Below, piece by piece: positions 38,274 to 50,739 of a stretch of 64,000 nt of DNA. Source of the stretch: Octopus vulgaris (Eukaryota). The notes beneath the pieces are model-generated. The model had not been told where the DNA came from. It made no database searches and saw nothing but the letters and a program-made list of their open reading frames with translations. The translations under genes were made by a program, and so were the position numbers. How positions within the stretch are numbered: the first letter of the stretch is position 1; every line of letters begins with the position of its first letter. The stretch lies in NCBI GenBank assembly GCA_951406725.2, contig OX597818.1, positions 147,312,001 through 147,376,000 on the forward strand. Direction: 5' to 3'.

Positions 38274-38804
38274 TATGTATGTAGTTGGACTATAGCTGTC
38301 TTGAAAGGTAGACTTAAATCTGTTCCTTGGTTTGACATTACCACCTGGTCTTCAGCTACATTTAATCCATTCTCATGTAAACACTTGAACTAGATCTCTA
38401 GTCTAAGAACATGATATTTTCATTTTTCTCTACCTACCTCAGAAGCTTTCCTAAAAGGTCATGGGTGTTAACCTTCTCCTCTTGGCTAAAATAAATAAAG
38501 ACAAAAGGCATGGAAATACCTTACATTCAAAAGATACTAATTATTCACATCCAACCTAAATTACAATAAAACAATTAAGAGTATTCAAAATTACAACAGT
38601 CAAACCATAGACATTATCAGCAGCAGCAGCAGTCTGTCAGTAATCAATGATTGTTGTCCCATGTGAAATGTCCCATTAGGGGTATATCAGTCTCCTTCAT
38701 TGGTGTCTGCCATCAACTGTGAGAAACGGTGTCCAGTTTCTGCATCTTACATTTATGTCGAGTTTTTCATACTATTACACAACTGTAAGAGTATTTCTCT
38801 AGAC

Positions 38805-39029
38805 CATTGGTTCTCAATTGGGGTTCATATAAGATTTTGCGGGTTCTATGCTAGCAAAATATTGAATTGTGAGGATCCTCAGTAGTGTTTTAAAGGTCTC
38901 TGAAAAGTTTTGATTTAAATGCATGAATTGCAAGAAACAGTTAGGTTTCTTTCTCTAACATTTTACATAGTTCAACCTATGCAACTGAGTGTGTGAATAA
39001 CAAAAAAGAATAAGAATTTTGAAGGCAGT

Positions 39030-39061
<32 letters not shown>

Positions 39062-42000
39062 TTAGCGTCCGCTTTCTATGCTAGCATGGGTTGGACGGTT
39101 CAACTGGGGTCTGTGAAGCCAGAAGGCTGCATCAGGCCCAGTCTGATCTGGCAGTGTTTCTACGGCTGGATGCCCTTCCTAATGCCAACCACTCCGTGAG
39201 TGTAGTGGGTGCTTTTTACGTGCCACCCGCACAGGTGCCAGACGGAGCTGGCAAACGGCCACGAACGGATGGTGCTTTTACGTGCCACTGGCACGGGGGC
39301 CAGGCGAGGCTGGCAATGGACACGAGCGGTTGGTGCTTTTACGTGCCACTGGCACAGGGGCCAGGCGAGGCTGGCAACGGACACGAACGGATGGTGCTTT
39401 TTACGTGACACCGGCATGAGGCCAGTCGGTGCGGCGCTGGCAACGGTCACGAACGGATGGTTCTCTTACGTGCCACCGGCACTGGTAACTCAGCTGCAAT
39501 TTCTATTGATCGATTTCGATTCTGATCCTCACTTGCCTCAACAGGTCTTCACAAGTAGAGTTTTGTGTCCCAAGAAGGGAAGGTATGCATACGTAGGCTG
39601 GCTCCATCCCATGTAGAAGGCCATGGGTTATGGTCTCACTTGTCCTGCCGGGTCTTCTCGCGCACAGCATACTTCCAGAGATCTCAGTCTCTAGTCATTT
39701 CCTCAGTGAGACCTAAAGTTCGAAGGTCGTGCTTCACCACCTCGTCCCAGGTTTTCCTGGGTCTGCCTCTTCCACAGGTTCCCTCAACCGCTAGGGTGTG
39801 GCACTTTTTCACACAACTATCTTCATCCATTCTTGCCACATGCCCATACCAGTGCAAACGTCTCTCTTGCACACCACAACTGATGCTTCTTAGGTCCAGC
39901 TTTTCTCTCAAGGTACTTACACTCTGTCGAGTATGAGTACTGACATTACACATCCATCGGAGCATACTGGCTTCATTTCTTGCGAGCTTACGCATATCCT
40001 CAACAGTCACGGCCCATGTTTCACTGCTATGTAGCATGGCTGTTCGTACACACGCATCATACAGTCTGCCTTTTACTCTGTGCGAGAGGCCTTTTGTCAC
40101 CAGCAGAGGTAAGATCTCTCTGAACTTTGCCCAAGCTATTCTTACTCTAGCAGTTACACTTTCAGCACACCCGCCCCCGCTGCTGACTTGGTCACCTAGG
40201 TAACGGAAGCTATCAACTATTTCTAGTTTTTCTCCCTGGAAAGTGACGGAAGTTGGTCTCAGAGCATTTTCAGTGTTTATTGTTCCTGAGCATCTGCCAC
40301 ATACAAAAACCATCTTCCTAGTTAGCCTTCCTTTGACATTGCTGCACCTCTTATGTGTCCATAGCTTACACTTGGTGCATCTTATAGAGTTTCTACCTAC
40401 ACCTTTTCTACAGATCGAGCAGGGCCATCTACCCGAAGGCGTTTGTGATTTGTCTACCTTCCTACTGATTACGACTTTGGTTTTAGCTAGATTGACTCTA
40501 AGGCACTTCGATTCTAATCCTTGTTTCCACACCTGAAACTTCTCCTCCAGTTCTGATAGTGACTCGGCAATTAGAGCAAGGTCATCAGCATAGAGGAGCT
40601 CCCAAGGGCATCCTGTCTTGAATTCCTCCGTTATTGCCTGGAGGACTATGATAAATAGGAGGGGGCTGAGGACTGAGCCTTGGTGGACCCCTTCCTCTAC
40701 CCAGAATTCTTCACTGTACTCGTTGCCAACCCTCACCTTACTAGCAGCGTCCCTGTACATGGCTCGCACAGCTCTCACTAACCATTCATCTATCCCTAGT
40801 TTCCTCATTGACCACCAGATAAGGGATCGGGGGACCCTGTCGAAGGCTTTCTCCATGTCAACAAAATCCAGGTACAGGGGCTTATCTTTGGCTAGGTATT
40901 TCTCCTGCATCTGCCTTACCAGGAATATAGCATCAGTGGTGCTTTTCCCTGGCACGAACCCAAACTGCATCTCATCTAAGCTAACTCTCTCTCTAATTAA
41001 TTGGGCTATAACCCTCTCCGTAACCTTCGTCACCTGATCCAACAGCTTGATACCTCTGTAATTATTTGTATCTAGGGCGTCACATTTACCTTTGTAGCAG
41101 TTGACTATTATGCTGCTACACCAGTCATTGGGTATGACTCCTTTGTGTATCACCTGATTAACTATATGGGTGACTTGGCTATAGCTGACACTACCAGACA
41201 TTTTGAGCATCTCTGCAGTGATTCCTGATGGGCCTGGGGCTTTCCCTGTCTTCATGCTTCTAATTGCCTTAACTACCACGGAACTATCAACTCGGATAGC
41301 TGGTCCCTCTGTTGGGTCAACATTCGGCAGACTCTCTTTATCCCATTCATTTTCTTTATTCAGCAACCTTTCATAGTGGCGTCTCCAAACCTCTCTCTTT
41401 GCATCCTCATTTAGCGCAAGTGAACCATCTTCCATGCGAACACACTTCTCTCCTACCACATCATGATTTTCTCTCACACACTGTCTTGCAACACGAAACA
41501 CCTCCAGTCTTTGGTCCTCACGGCGCAGAACATTGGCAAATTTTTTCTTATCTGCTTCCCCTCTGGCTAAATAAACCTGTCTCCTAGCTTCTCTTTTGGC
41601 AGTCTGATACAATTCCCTGCTACCCCCATTTTTCCAGACCTTCCAAGCCTGTCTCTTTTCTCTAATAGCCCTGTCTACAACATTGTTCCACCACCACCAC
41701 GTTATTCTAGGTCGAGAGGGGACTTTGCACCAGCCACAGATCTGGTCAGTGGCTCTCAGCAGGTTGTCCCTTAGAAACGTCCAGTTGTCTTCTACCCCCT
41801 GTGATGCTCTATCCCCTTCTACTTCGTCAAAGGCTTCAAGTAATATGTCCCTAAATCTCTGTCCATTTGCAGGATCTTTAAGCTTCCAGATCCTTCTTCT
41901 CCATGTTGGTCGTCTTCTGGTTGTCCTCCTAGTCCTGATCCTAAAGTCACTAACTACCAGTCTATGTTGTGGGGTACATTCTTTGCCTGGGAAGGTTTTG

Positions 42001-42629
42001 GCATTTATAAGCAGCCATCTCTCCCTTTTTGCCTGGCTGGTATGTTGGCCCGAGGTGACTAGGTGGCTGGTAGGTTTCCTGAAGTTAGTGTTGCAAATCA
42101 TAAGATTATTTGCATCGCAGAACTCCAGCAGCCTGGTTCCCTCCTCGTTGCGGGAACCATAACCATAGCCTCCATGTACGCCATGGAAGCCCCTAGCATG
42201 TCGTCCAACGTGACCATTGAAGTCACCAGCCACAAAGAGAAGGTCTCTATCGTTTGTCAACGAGGTAGTCTGCAGTAGAGTGTCATAGAATCGGTCTTTC
42301 TGTCCATCGGGTAGCCCCGACTGAGGAGCATAGGCTGATATAATGGTTGCTAAACTATGATGAAGCACTAATCTAATCTTAAGTATTCTGTCACATACTC
42401 TGATTACCTCAATTACTTTATCTACCCATTTCTCAGCGATAAGTATACCCACGCCACCAACCCCGTCAGTGTTCCCTGCCCAGAAAATCTTGTACCTGCG
42501 TTCCTTGCCTGTGAGGAACCTAGCAGTATCTATAAAATTAGTTTTTAAACATCGAATGGCTATGGGGGTCCACCAGAGTAAAACAGTAATCAAAGGGATC
42601 CAGAGATAAAAAATGATTCAGAACTACTT
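38805..42629. mobile_element. hAT (Charlie-like) MITE split by the RTE insertion (halves 38805-39032 and 42523-42629)
   Basis: Degenerate TIRs cattggttctcaat / attcagaactactt; 8-bp TSD ctctagac (38797-38804) / ctctcgac (42630-42637). Confidence 0.7.
39033..42522 (-). mobile_element. Young RTE-clade LINE, 5'-truncated in the APE endonuclease; open frame EN-RT-PHD-like finger to the stop at 39684; 3' UTR and (ATG)n tail
   Basis: 969-aa ORF with AYAPQ, GDFN, YRGIKLL, QFGF, DMEKAFD, GVHQGSVLSP, YADD (40581-40592), FRYLG; 8-bp TSD gcagtatc at 39025-39032 and 42523-42530. Confidence 0.96.
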
Positions 42630-43261
42630 CTCTCGACAATTAAGTTTCTTGCATTTTCTCCAGAGCTTTTATTTCACTAATATCTCTTCTGTGCTAGAGA
42701 GCTTGGATTTCTCATCTCTCAATGATCTGTTGCATGGTGTTTCATTATGCATACATAGTCTTTTTCTACTCTCTTATATTTTTCATGCCTCTGATCTATA
42801 ACAACATGACTGTGTGTCAATATCACTAAGCAAAAGTTCTTAAATACCATTGAAAAATCAGTTCTCAAATATAGCAAAAGCATGAAAAATGCCACAAATA
42901 TTTTTTCCGTCTTATACTAGCATGGTCTGCCATTAACAAATTAGAGAAGGAATTCTGGAGAGAAAAAGTCTCAAATGAGAGGGCCTGACAACATATATCA
43001 GTAGCCAAGTGGGGAGTATCTATGTGTGTTTGCACAGTGGATCACACAGCCATGCTTGTGTCACATACTTGTTAATGGAGTATTGGTGTACGTTGTTTTA
43101 GGCCAGGTCTTGGAACTTTTTGATAGCACCTCATATGTTTGAGATTTCAATTTGTAATGTCATATGAATTTGCATTTTGAGTTTATCATCATAAGAAGAG
43201 TAATCTATGATTAACCATTGCTTTATGTTTATCATTTATTTTCCTCTCTCTTTTTCTCTAG

Positions 43262-43304
43262 GTATTTGCTGTTCTACCACAAACAGATCTTGGAATATGA
43301 ATGA
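43262..43304 (+). CDS. USP22: USP22 exon 13, last coding exon (YLLFYHKQILEYE*)
   Basis: YLLFYHKQxLEYE is the USP22 C-terminus; long pyrimidine tract + ctag; TGA at 43302-43304. Confidence 0.97.
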
Positions 43305-44213
43305 CATTCTTATGAAGACAGATACACACACACACTACACAAAAACATAAGACTTTTTTATCTGCTGCTACTGCTGTTGTAATCACACCTCTGGTTTCTA
43401 CTTTGGCTATAATTACAGAGCAAAATGGAAGAAAAAAATGAGGGGTGGAGCAGGATGGGTAGTGGTAGTGGCGGGGAGTAAATGTTAATCCACCAACCAC
43501 CACCGCCACCATCTTCTACCCACCAGAAAAAATTTTTTCAGTGCCATGTTTTGGCTGTCATTGTCCAAAAGTCTTGGCTGTTTCTCTGCCCACCGTCTGG
43601 CCAACAGATATGTTATTGATTTTTTTTTTTAAACCTACCCCCAACCCCACCTTATTTCCATCACCTCCCCCACTCTTATCCCTTATCTCTCTTCCCTTCC
43701 CCTCCCTTCCACATCCAGTAATGTTTATTCTTGTGAGAAAAGCAGATGTCTTGCTTTGTATATGGACAAATCAAAAAAAAAATTTTAAAAAAGACAAACA
43801 AAAATAAGACAATGTAAAAATAAAAACAAAAAAAAACAATTCCACAAAAGACAAATTCAGATTCTAATCATGTCAACAAAGTCACATGTTTCTGCTTAAA
43901 GAGAAGACGTCTTTAAATGTTAATTTTTTTTTTTTTTATTCTATTGACAGTTTTCTTATCAAGCATCCATCAACTCCACAATTTCATTTTATACATTGTG
44001 AGCTCTGAATGACAGAGGAGGTGCGTTTTACACTCTACTAGACATGCACTCTGCAAACACGTGTTTCTGTGAAATATATACCGACACACACACACACACA
44101 CACACATTCACTAATAAATGTATATATGTATATTTACCCATATTTATATATGTGTGTTTGTGTGTATGTATACATACATACACACATATGCATGTGTATG
44201 TATGTATGTATGT

Positions 44214-44272
<59 letters not shown>

Positions 44273-45880
44273 TACATGCATACATATACATATGGAGAAC
44301 AATTATATACTTGTGCAGATGAAAATATCTCAGTCAATCAGCCATTTCTCTTTTCTCTCGTTTCTCTTTCGTTGCTAATCTGAGGCAAAATGGTGCACAA
44401 CCTCAACACTGCATTGAATAACCATTCATCATAATTTCTGTCACACAAATAAATATATAGCGCGTACCTAAGAAACCACGGAGTGAGTAAGTAAACCAAC
44501 TGGCCGGCAATACAATAAACAAATAAGGTGTCGTCAAGCAGGAAGTCTCTTCTTTCATGATGGTTCAGTCTGCTAGAAAATAACTAGAACCCCTTTCAAG
44601 TTAACATCCTACTGTCTAAAATAGGAAAAGGGCACATTACATGATGATAAATTCTCACTTTACTTCAATTTTGATGTATGGATATCCAGTTGTTCGCTCA
44701 GCTGAACAGTCTGTTTGTTGAATAGGTGTGAAAAGTGGTTGAATATTCAACAAACACGTACCTTTACAGTAATTCTCAGGTAAAAATCAGCTTGACAGAC
44801 GTATGACGAGGCTGGACCTTTGAATTACAGGTAGAGTCCATTCACTGGACTCCTATACAATTTCTGTCTACTCAGTTTCACTGATAGGGCTTGTGTTGAC
44901 CAGAGGATATAGTAAAAGGCACTTGCCCCAGATACTATCTGTTAGGATTGAACGTAGCATGTGATGGTTGCAAAGTGAGCTGCTTAACCATTTAGCCATT
45001 CTTGTGTCCACACATTACACAATTTGTCCTAGATAAACTTGGAGAAGACTGGTTGTGGCTGGAATGCTAATGATCATAAGTCTGCTCAGTCATCATTGAC
45101 CCAGGGCTAAACAACAATGATTTTTATTCACATCTGGAATGAGTGAGTTTAGTACTGTAGGGATTGGTGTGAGTGGGGTGGGGAAGAGGATTGATGTCCT
45201 TTAAAGGTAGGAAGGGGGTTGCTTATTATTTAATTAATTTTTTTGTCTCCTTTTGTCATTGCTACATCTGTCTTAGATTTTTAACATCTCTTCATCATCG
45301 ACTTTACTCTCCTCTCTCTCTTTCTCTCCTTCCTTCAACATACACACACACACAAACACTCACTCACAGATATTCATAACACATTGTTTTTAACCATTTA
45401 TATGGTTGTCTCTTACCGTGGTGTCCACCCTCCCCCCCTGCTGTCAACACCTCAAACCACAAACCATTAATTTCAAATGCATTGAGTCATTCATTTTCTA
45501 CATTTGTCTTCCCATTCTCTGGTTACCTATCCGTATCTCTCTCTCTCTCACCTTTCTCTACTCCTTTCACTCTATTCTCCTTGCTGCCCATCTCTAACAT
45601 ATATACATACACACAAACATATATACACAGAATGATGCTGTACTTGACTTGTTCCTCATCAGAAATAATTTCCACTTCCTGAGGTCTTTTTCTTTTTCCT
45701 ATGTCCGTCTCCTCAATTTCTGGGGAATGGACACTTAACAGATGTACAGCTTCCGCTGCTGACCAGACGGGGACACACACACACACACAAACACACACAT
45801 GAAATTTTATTGTAAATAATATAATAAATGAAAACTGATAATTTGTTTTTCTTTTTTTCTTTTTTTTTAAGGGTAATAAA
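43305..45880 (+). other. Probable USP22 3' UTR (end uncertain)
   Basis: Follows the stop codon; AATAAA candidates at 44448, 44514, 45823 and 45875; the last is followed by a T-rich tract. Confidence 0.4.
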
Positions 45881-46360
45881 TATTTTTTTGTTCAAATTCA
45901 GTCAAATTGTGAATTCCTACCAATCATTTTTCAGCAAGCTCTTTTTCTTTTCATTACACCCACATTAACTTCTAAATCTAATTTTGTTGATGGTTAAATA
46001 GCTCCTTCCCCCCACCCGTCCCCATCTATTTTCTATTCTTTATTTCAGGATTATGGTTTGTATAAGTGATAGTTTTGCTTCTTTGTCATTTGTAATATGC
46101 CATTATTTTATTTCAAGGTACAATAGTTGTGATGTTAAAACTGCCAAACTAGTGACCACATAATCCAATAGTTCAAAACTAATACTAAACCCATTATGCA
46201 TGCATATTCATATCAGTGTCTTATCATCACATCATCATGGACTTGACAGACTCCCAGTCAAAATGCCTTGCAGTATTTCCTCTGGCTTCTTACATTCTGA
46301 ATTCATATCTTACCATGGTCGATATAATCTACTGTTCACCCGCACAAAATATTTTTTTGC

Positions 46361-46684
46361 CTTGGGTTCAGTCCCATTGCGTGGCACCTTGGGCAAGTGT
46401 CTTCTACTATGGGCCTCGGGCCGACCAAAGCCTTGTGAGTGGATTTGGTAGACGGAAACTGAAAAGAAGCCCGTCGTATATATATATATATATATATATG
46501 CGTGTGTGTGTTTGTCCCCCTAGCATTGCTTGACAACCGATGCTAGTGTGTTTATGTCGGCAAAAGAGACCGATAGCATAAGTACTGGGCTTACAAAAGA
46601 ATAAGTCCCAGGGTCAAGTTGCTCGATTAAAGGCAGTGCTCCAGCATGGCTGCAGTCAAATGACTGAAACAAGTAAAAGAGAGT
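46361..46684 (+). mobile_element. tRNA-derived SINE (OR/CORE-like), 5' partial
   Basis: Matches 1377-1747 from the B-box to the tail. Confidence 0.85.
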
Positions 46685-47684
46685 ACCAATGTTAGAAACA
46701 AATACTATTTTCATCATCATTGTCATTGTAGTTTGATAGAAACACTAAAGTACAAAGTTGAATGTTTTCCATTGTTTATATAAGTATAGGGATGAAAGAA
46801 GTTTGCTTCACAACCACCTGATTTCAACTGGAGGAACTATCTTTGCAAAAGAATAGATTCTGAAAAGATCAGGGCCACAGCCACTGCAAGAAATTGTAGA
46901 AGAGCACCAATTTCCATCAACTGTCCACATTCTACATTTAGCCAATCAACAGTGCTTGAAAACTGCCTCAACTTGGGTACTGCATGTCAGTAGGTGTAGG
47001 AGCCTGACAAAGATCACTTGGTGGCTGACATTTCAGGATGGCCTGAAGACATTCAACAATGTGCGGAACGGATGTGCAAGAGTAGCTGCTGATTAAACCC
47101 GATGGAGGAAGCTTGCCACTCAATGTAGTGTAGGAGCTAAAGCTTAGCCCACTGTGATGTACCTTGGGACTGTCTTCTATAGTTCTTGACTATCCAATGC
47201 TTTGTGAGGGAATGTTGTAGATAGACTGCACAAGATCTTTTGCGTGTTGTGAATGTTTACATTCTGCACTTAGCATTGACAAAGCAATGAGTTACAACTC
47301 GTGAAGCTTGTTGACATTTCTCTGTCATCAAATTGTCCTGTAGCTATGCATTTTTGAAGGTGTGTGGAGTGAAATCACACTTACAAAAAACCTGAGTGAG
47401 AGTTAGCAATAAGAAAGGTATCATGTTGTAAGAAGACAATACATCAATAATATATATTTGTCTAACCCATGCGAGCATGGAAAAAAAAAAGTGAAATGAG
47501 CAAACAAATTTCCAAATCTATGTCCTGAGTTCTGATTTTGTTAAGCCTCAATTGGGAGAGACAATTATTTTTCTTAGCTGTTTTAGCCCACTATTTTCAA
47601 AACAAGACACAGATTATGTAGCCCTAGTCAGAAAAATACAGATAGAGTACTCATAGATGGAAAGCCTTCATCATAGCTGTGAGA

Positions 47685-48280
47685 GTTTGTTTGTGAAAGA
47701 TGTGAGATGTGAGAAAGGAGGTGGAAACGGTGAGAGGGTTTTGTTATTTGGGAGATAGGGTGGATGTGAAGTAACTGAGATAGCAAGAGCGAGACTTGGC
47801 TGGGTGAAGTTTAGGGAATATGGAGTGTTGTTATATGGGAAATGGTTCTCATTGAAGATGAAAGAAAGGGTCTATAGGAATTGCATGAGAGCTGCAATGC
47901 AGTATGGGAGTGAGACATGGTGTCTGAGGGAGAGAGAGATGACAATTTTGAGAAGGACCAAGAGAGCAATGGTGTGAAGCTGTTTGATAAGAGGAGGACT
48001 TGAAGTGGGATGCTGGGGTTGGAGGAATTGGTGGAATGGAGTGTGGTGGTATGGGCATGTGTTGAGGAGGGTGCTTGAGTTAGAGGTAAACGGACCGTGA
48101 AAACAAGTTAGACCAAGGAAACGTAGAGGGGACAGGTGGAGGAGGAGATTAGGAGGCTTGGCTTGATAAGGGAAGATGCCCAAAATTGGGCAAGATGGTG
48201 TGAGGGCGGTTGCTATGGCAATGAGGTAGATCCGGCCACCCTCTGTTAATGGGGACAAAACCTGGATTTAAAGCACTGGA
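47685..48280 (+). mobile_element. Old, decayed RTE-like LINE 3' portion
   Basis: FVCERC, GFCYLGDRV, GWVKFREY, RAAMQYGSETW, WYGHVLR remnants. Confidence 0.75.
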
Positions 48281-48629
48281 GATGATATTTTTAACGAACA
48301 CATTTAAATATTTTATTGTGAGAAAACTAATTGGTGGGGTTTCAAACATACTAATTTAACTATATTCTGCCTAAGTTATCAATTTGCAGAAAAACAGTTA
48401 TTTATTGATCTGTTTTTTGATGAAAAAAGATTAATTTACCTTTACACATACATAGATGATTTTATAAACTCACACATATATATCATCATAATCATTTAAT
48501 GTCCATGTATGATATAAACTGCATTTTCTTTATCCTTTCTCAACATCAGTTGTTCCATTATCTTTTGCTGAAGAGTCCTTTCGAAAATTTTAAAAATTTG
48601 TTGTGCTGTTAACTTTCTCTTTGATAATT

Positions 48630-48824
48630 CTCTTTACTCTTTTACTCGTTTCAGTCATTTGACTGCAGCCATGCTGGAGCACCACCTTTAGTCGAGCAAA
48701 TCAATCCCAGGACTCATTCTTTGGAAGACTAGTACTTATTCTATCAGCCTCTTTTGCCGAGCCGCTAAGTTACAGGATGTAAACACACCAGCATCAGTTG
48801 TCAAGCGATGTTGAGGGGACAAAC

Positions 48825-48857
<33 letters not shown>

Positions 48858-49021
48858 CGATGGGCTTCTTTCAGTTTCCATCTACCAAATCCACTCACAA
48901 GGCTTTGGTCAGCCCAAGGCTATAGCAGAAGACACTTGCCCAAGGTGCCACGCAGAGGGACTGAACCCAGAACCATGTGGTTGGTAAGCAAGCTACTTAC
49001 CACACAGCCACTCCTGCGCCT
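48630..49021 (-). mobile_element. tRNA-derived SINE, full length
   Basis: Reverse complement of the family consensus seen at 1377-1747. Confidence 0.88.
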
Positions 49022-50739
49022 ATAAGTTTATAATTTTCATTAATTTTGGCTTTTGTTTTTTGGTGTCGCCCAGTGTCTTTGTTTCTGTGGACAGGACTCT
49101 GAAAAGTGGTTCATATAACTGTGTTGGTCAATGTTATTAGTAAATCTCCTGTTGTTGTCCTTTACAGTGATTTGTAGTAGACATTTGTTGGATGTGTTTT
49201 CAAATTTTATGCTTCTTTGGTGTGTTTCAAGGAGATTTTGCTGGTTGATTTTCATTGTGAGAGGAAAGTTGCAATGTTGATCTTGGGAGTAATTTTTACG
49301 TATTTTACTACTTTTTTATGAAGTATTCCTGTCTCTGGTTTGGGGTTAATTAAAAAAAGTTTGAGGTTGGTCTTGGATCATATTGTTTAGATCAAAATTC
49401 ATTTAGTTTCCTTAGTTTCCAACCTTTTTTAAATTTAATTTTGCTTTTCTTTTCCTTTTGCATTTTTCAAACCATTCAGTATTTTCCTTGCAACATTAGA
49501 GATATTTCAGTTCTTTTTGGATTCTTTTTTCCACAGTTTTGAAATATTTTTGAGGTTCAGACACTCGCCCTTTTTTTATTCCTTCTATGAATTCTTTGGA
49601 GATTTCTTGATAAATGGATTTTAGCTTTTCCTCATTGAGCTGTGCTCTTAAATTTAGTATCTCAATTTCCATCCTCATTTTGTGTCGTGTTTTTTTGTAG
49701 TTTATGCTTTGGCTTCTGGGATGGGTTTTATTTAGAGCTTGCAAGGCAGGATTATTGATGTTGAGTTTAGCCATTTTTCATCTACTTTTCATTTGAAATC
49801 ATTTTTTAAAAACTAAATCTTCTATCAGTAAGGAATTTTTTCAATAGGGGAAATATGTGATTTTTCATTAGGTATATAATTCTTAGTGTATTTGAGTCAT
49901 TTGCTTCATGGTTTTATGGTTCTTGCTTAGATTTGTTTGAAAAAAGTGTTTCTATGGTTTCAAACAATTTTCCCAGATTTTTGCTGGTGCATTATGTTTC
50001 TCACTTTAATTTCTTCATTGTTTTCTCTGTTAGGGCCAGGTGTTGCATTGATCTTATAGGTTATCATTATGAGGTTGGCAATTTCTGTTCCATGTGCAGT
50101 ATGTGATATTGAAAAAGTTTAGGGGATTTCCACAAGAAAATTAACATTCAAAACAAAAGGAGGAAAGTATATTTTTTTCAAAATATGCTCCCAGTTTCAA
50201 TTGTTTAAGACAACTTAGTCATGCAATAAGGAAAGGGAAAAAATTAATCTTCCATAAAAGCAATTTTTGAAAGATCATATTTTACTTACAAAATTTACAT
50301 AGTAATAGTTGTTGGTCTCATAGGATCATAAATAGTACTTGTAGCATTTTTAACAATGATGTTGACTATTGTTCCTTACTAGCAATGCTGATATTCAGGA
50401 ATGGCTCATAATGGTGAGAGAAGTCATGGTAATGGCAACAGTGTTAATAGCACAAATTGTAATTGTCTTAGTAGTAGTAACTATTAGCCTTGCCAGTGAA
50501 GTATTAGTTGTTGTTGTAGTGGTGGAAATGGCAGAAGCTGTAGATATGAGAGTGATTTGTTTCTCTTCTTTGTAGTAGTATATTTTTGTTAATTCCATCA
50601 AGTAGTGTTTTGGATTATTTTAGTTTCGCTATGCTTTCATTCCATAAAATAAAACAGTCATCAAGGTATCATTTCCAGCTTTCTTGTGGGTGTGTGTATA
50701 TATTTAAAGAAAGAGCTCTTGTACTTCAGTAGTGATTTC

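Noticed and set aside
39208-39490. CRISPR-like appearance of spaced palindromic repeats
   Set aside because: The intervening sequences are homologous to each other, the array is in a LINE 3' UTR, there are no cas genes, and the context is eukaryotic
42523-42593. First ~24 aa of the 969-aa ORF as the true LINE N-terminus
   Set aside because: They lie beyond the TSD in the flanking MITE; the element is 5'-truncated and the ORF start is not an ATG
49040-49780. Lys/Asn-rich minus-strand ORFs (92 and 71 aa)
   Set aside because: No recognisable domain or splice structure; possibly an old transposon remnant that I cannot assign
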